Part shown: piece by piece, positions 62,309 through 64,000 of the stretch | Layout: the number at the start of each line of letters is the position of its first letter | Numbering within the stretch: the stretch's first letter is position 1 | From: an uncultured Acidobacteriota bacterium | GTDB lineage: Bacteria > Acidobacteriota > Vicinamibacteria > Vicinamibacterales > CAVVIG01 | Direction of reading: 5' to 3' | DNA: 64,000 nt | Assembly (NCBI GenBank): GCA_963837345.1 | Contig: CAWIMX010000001.1 | Span: 58,981-122,980, forward strand | Made by a program: the position numbers and the translations under genes | The notes under the pieces: model-generated | Told to the model about the DNA's origin: nothing | What the model saw: only the letters and a program-made list of their open reading frames with translations | The model's database searches: none

Positions 62309-63148
62309 ATGAGAGCGACCCGCTGGCTAGGCGTTCTGGTTGCGGCGGCGATCGGCGTCGGCGCCGTTCAGGGAACCGCGCAGGATCAGCCGGAGCATGC
62401 CACGGTGCCGTTCAGCGATCCGTCGCGCATCGGCACCATCAGCGTGAGGCTCATGTCGGGCAGCCTGACGATCCGGGGCGCCGACCGGCGCGATGTCTCG
62501 GTGACGGCCGACCGGGCGACCGACCGCGGGCGGCGCGATCGGACGCCCTCCGGCGACGCTACGGGCCTGAGGCGCCTCACGAGCCCGGCCGGGCTCGTCG
62601 TCGAGGAGGAGAACAACGAGATGTCGGTGCGAACGGGATCCTTCAGCGCCGGCGCCAACCTCGAGCTGCTCGTCCCGACCCGCGTCAACCTGAAGCTGAA
62701 CCTCCTGAACGGCGGCGGCATCGCGGTGGAGGGCGTCCAGGGTGAACTGGAGGTCAACAACTTGAACGGTCCGATCACGCTCACCAATGTATCGGGCACC
62801 GTCGTGGCACATTCGACCAATGGCAAGGTGGTCGCCACCATCCGGCAGGTCACCCCCAACGCCCCCATGGCCTTCACGTCGCTCAACGGCAACGTCGACG
62901 TGACGGTGCCGGCCACCGTCAAGGCGAACCTCAAGATGCGCACCGACAACGGCGACGTGTTCAGCGACTTCGACGTCGCCCTGCGCCAGGACGCCCAGGC
63001 GCCCGTCGTGCAGGATTCGAGGCGGGAGAACGGCCGCTATCGCCTGGAAATCGACAGGGCCATCAACGGATCCATCAATGGCGGCGGACCGGAATTCGAA
63101 CTGCGGACGTTCAACGGGAACGTGTATCTGCGCAAGGGTGGGCAATAG
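62309..63148 (+). CDS. DUF4097 beta-strand-repeat protein
   Basis: Signal peptide; NLNG/STNG/SLNG/TDNG repeats; INGGGPE..LRTFNGNVYLRK. Confidence 0.82.
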   Translation: MRATRWLGVLVAAAIGVGAVQGTAQDQPEHATVPFSDPSRIGTISVRLMSGSLTIRGADRRDVSVTADRATDRGRRDRTPSGDATGLRRLTSPAGLVVEEENNEMSVRTGSFSAGANLELLVPTRVNLKLNLLNGGGIAVEGVQGELEVNNLNGPITLTNVSGTVVAHSTNGKVVATIRQVTPNAPMAFTSLNGNVDVTVPATVKANLKMRTDNGDVFSDFDVALRQDAQAPVVQDSRRENGRYRLEIDRAINGSINGGGPEFELRTFNGNVYLRKGGQ

Positions 63149-63213
63149 AGGCCAACCATCTGTCTTCGAATGTCGTCTAATGGCACCGATCGGCGGACGG
63201 CGGCGGCCAACCC

Positions 63214-64000
63214 ATGCATCGAATCGTCAGAGACGCGTGCGCATGTGCGGCCCTCGTGGGGCTGGCCGCTTCCGCCGGGGCGGCCCCGCAGGTTCCCTCG
63301 CACGAGCCGCACGCGATCGTCCACGCGGCCCGCACGCCGGACCCGCCGAAGATCGACGGCCGCCTGACCGACGAGGCGTGGGCGGCGGCGGCGCCCGCCA
63401 CGATCTTCACCCAGCGCGATCCCGACGAGGGGCAGGCGGCCACCGAGCGCACTGAAATCCGCGTCCTCTACGACAACGCTGCGCTCTACATCGGCGCCAG
63501 GCTCTTCGACGACGAACCCGATCTCATCTCGCGGCGCCTGTCGCGGCGCGACGGCGACGCCGAAGCCGACCGCCTCACGATCTATCTGGATCCGCTGCAC
63601 GACCACCTGACCGGGGCGTCGTTCCGCGTCGACGCCGCGGGCGTTCAGGAGGATCAGGTGCTCTACAACGACACCTGGAGCGACTCCTCGTGGGACGCGG
63701 TCTGGGAGTCGAACGTCTCGGTGGATGCGCAGGGCTGGACGGCCGAACTGCGCATTCCCCTTTCGCAGCTGCGCTTTCCGAGCCGCGATGAGCAGGAATG
63801 GGGGATCAACGTCGAACGATTCATCTGGCGGAAGAACGAGAGCGACTGGCTGGAGTTCGTGCCGAAGAGCGAGAGCGGGCTCGTCTCGCGGATGGCGCAC
63901 CTGGACGGCCTCGACGGGCTCCGTCCCAAGCGACACGTCGAGCTGCTGCCGTACACGGCGGGCCGCGGCGCGTTCATCGCGCCGCCGGCGGGCGGCGACC
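63214..64000 (+). CDS. Exported CBM9-like/DUF5916 protein, N-terminal part (runs off window end)
   Basis: Manual translation: MHRIVRDACACAALVGLAASAGA...PPKIDGRLTDEAW...FTQRDPDEG..ATERTE.RVLYD..ALYIGA...WDAVWES...GWTAELRIPLSQLRF...WGIN; open to the window end. Confidence 0.8.
   Translation, partial: MHRIVRDACACAALVGLAASAGAAPQVPSHEPHAIVHAARTPDPPKIDGRLTDEAWAAAAPATIFTQRDPDEGQAATERTEIRVLYDNAALYIGARLFDDEPDLISRRLSRRDGDAEADRLTIYLDPLHDHLTGASFRVDAAGVQEDQVLYNDTWSDSSWDAVWESNVSVDAQGWTAELRIPLSQLRFPSRDEQEWGINVERFIWRKNESDWLEFVPKSESGLVSRMAHLDGLDGLRPKRHVELLPYTAGRGAFIAPPAGGD

Overview
High-GC (roughly 70% by eye) bacterial chromosome segment, probably Acidobacteriota subdivision 6 (Vicinamibacteria/Luteitalea-like). 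This is inferred from the Oar-type TonB-dependent receptors with a carboxypeptidase-regulatory N-domain, the TMTC-like TPR proteins and the intergenic 8-bp repeats. 1-31 kb is mostly core: TPR/lipoprotein, an LPS cluster (Trm112, GT9, O-antigen ligase, heptose kinase), purH, a cold-shock protein, a complex I operon (nuoABC-gmhA-nuoDEF-H-JKLMN) lacking nuoG and nuoI, a PabB-PabC fusion, a SagB/ThcOx nitroreductase, a PDZ hydrolase, an S46 peptidase, yajQ, an acyl-CoA ligase and a cyclase. 31.7-60 kb is the most interesting region. It holds five TonB-dependent receptors (four close paralogs with patchwork identity), three GT-C-fold membrane glycosyltransferase-TPR proteins (two TMTC-like, one GT39/PMT-like), an exported cupin, and two heme c-copper monooxygenase (PHM/DBH-like)-TPR proteins flanking a redoxin. 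Together these look like a candidate envelope protein-modification system. An ECF sigma/anti-sigma/DUF4097 x2/CBM9-DUF5916 unit follows. All ten frameshifts I found are +1 insertions at AGTAC (8) or GATC (2). They are most likely long-read errors at modified DNA motifs rather than true pseudogenes. No rRNA, tRNA, IS element or CRISPR array was recognised.
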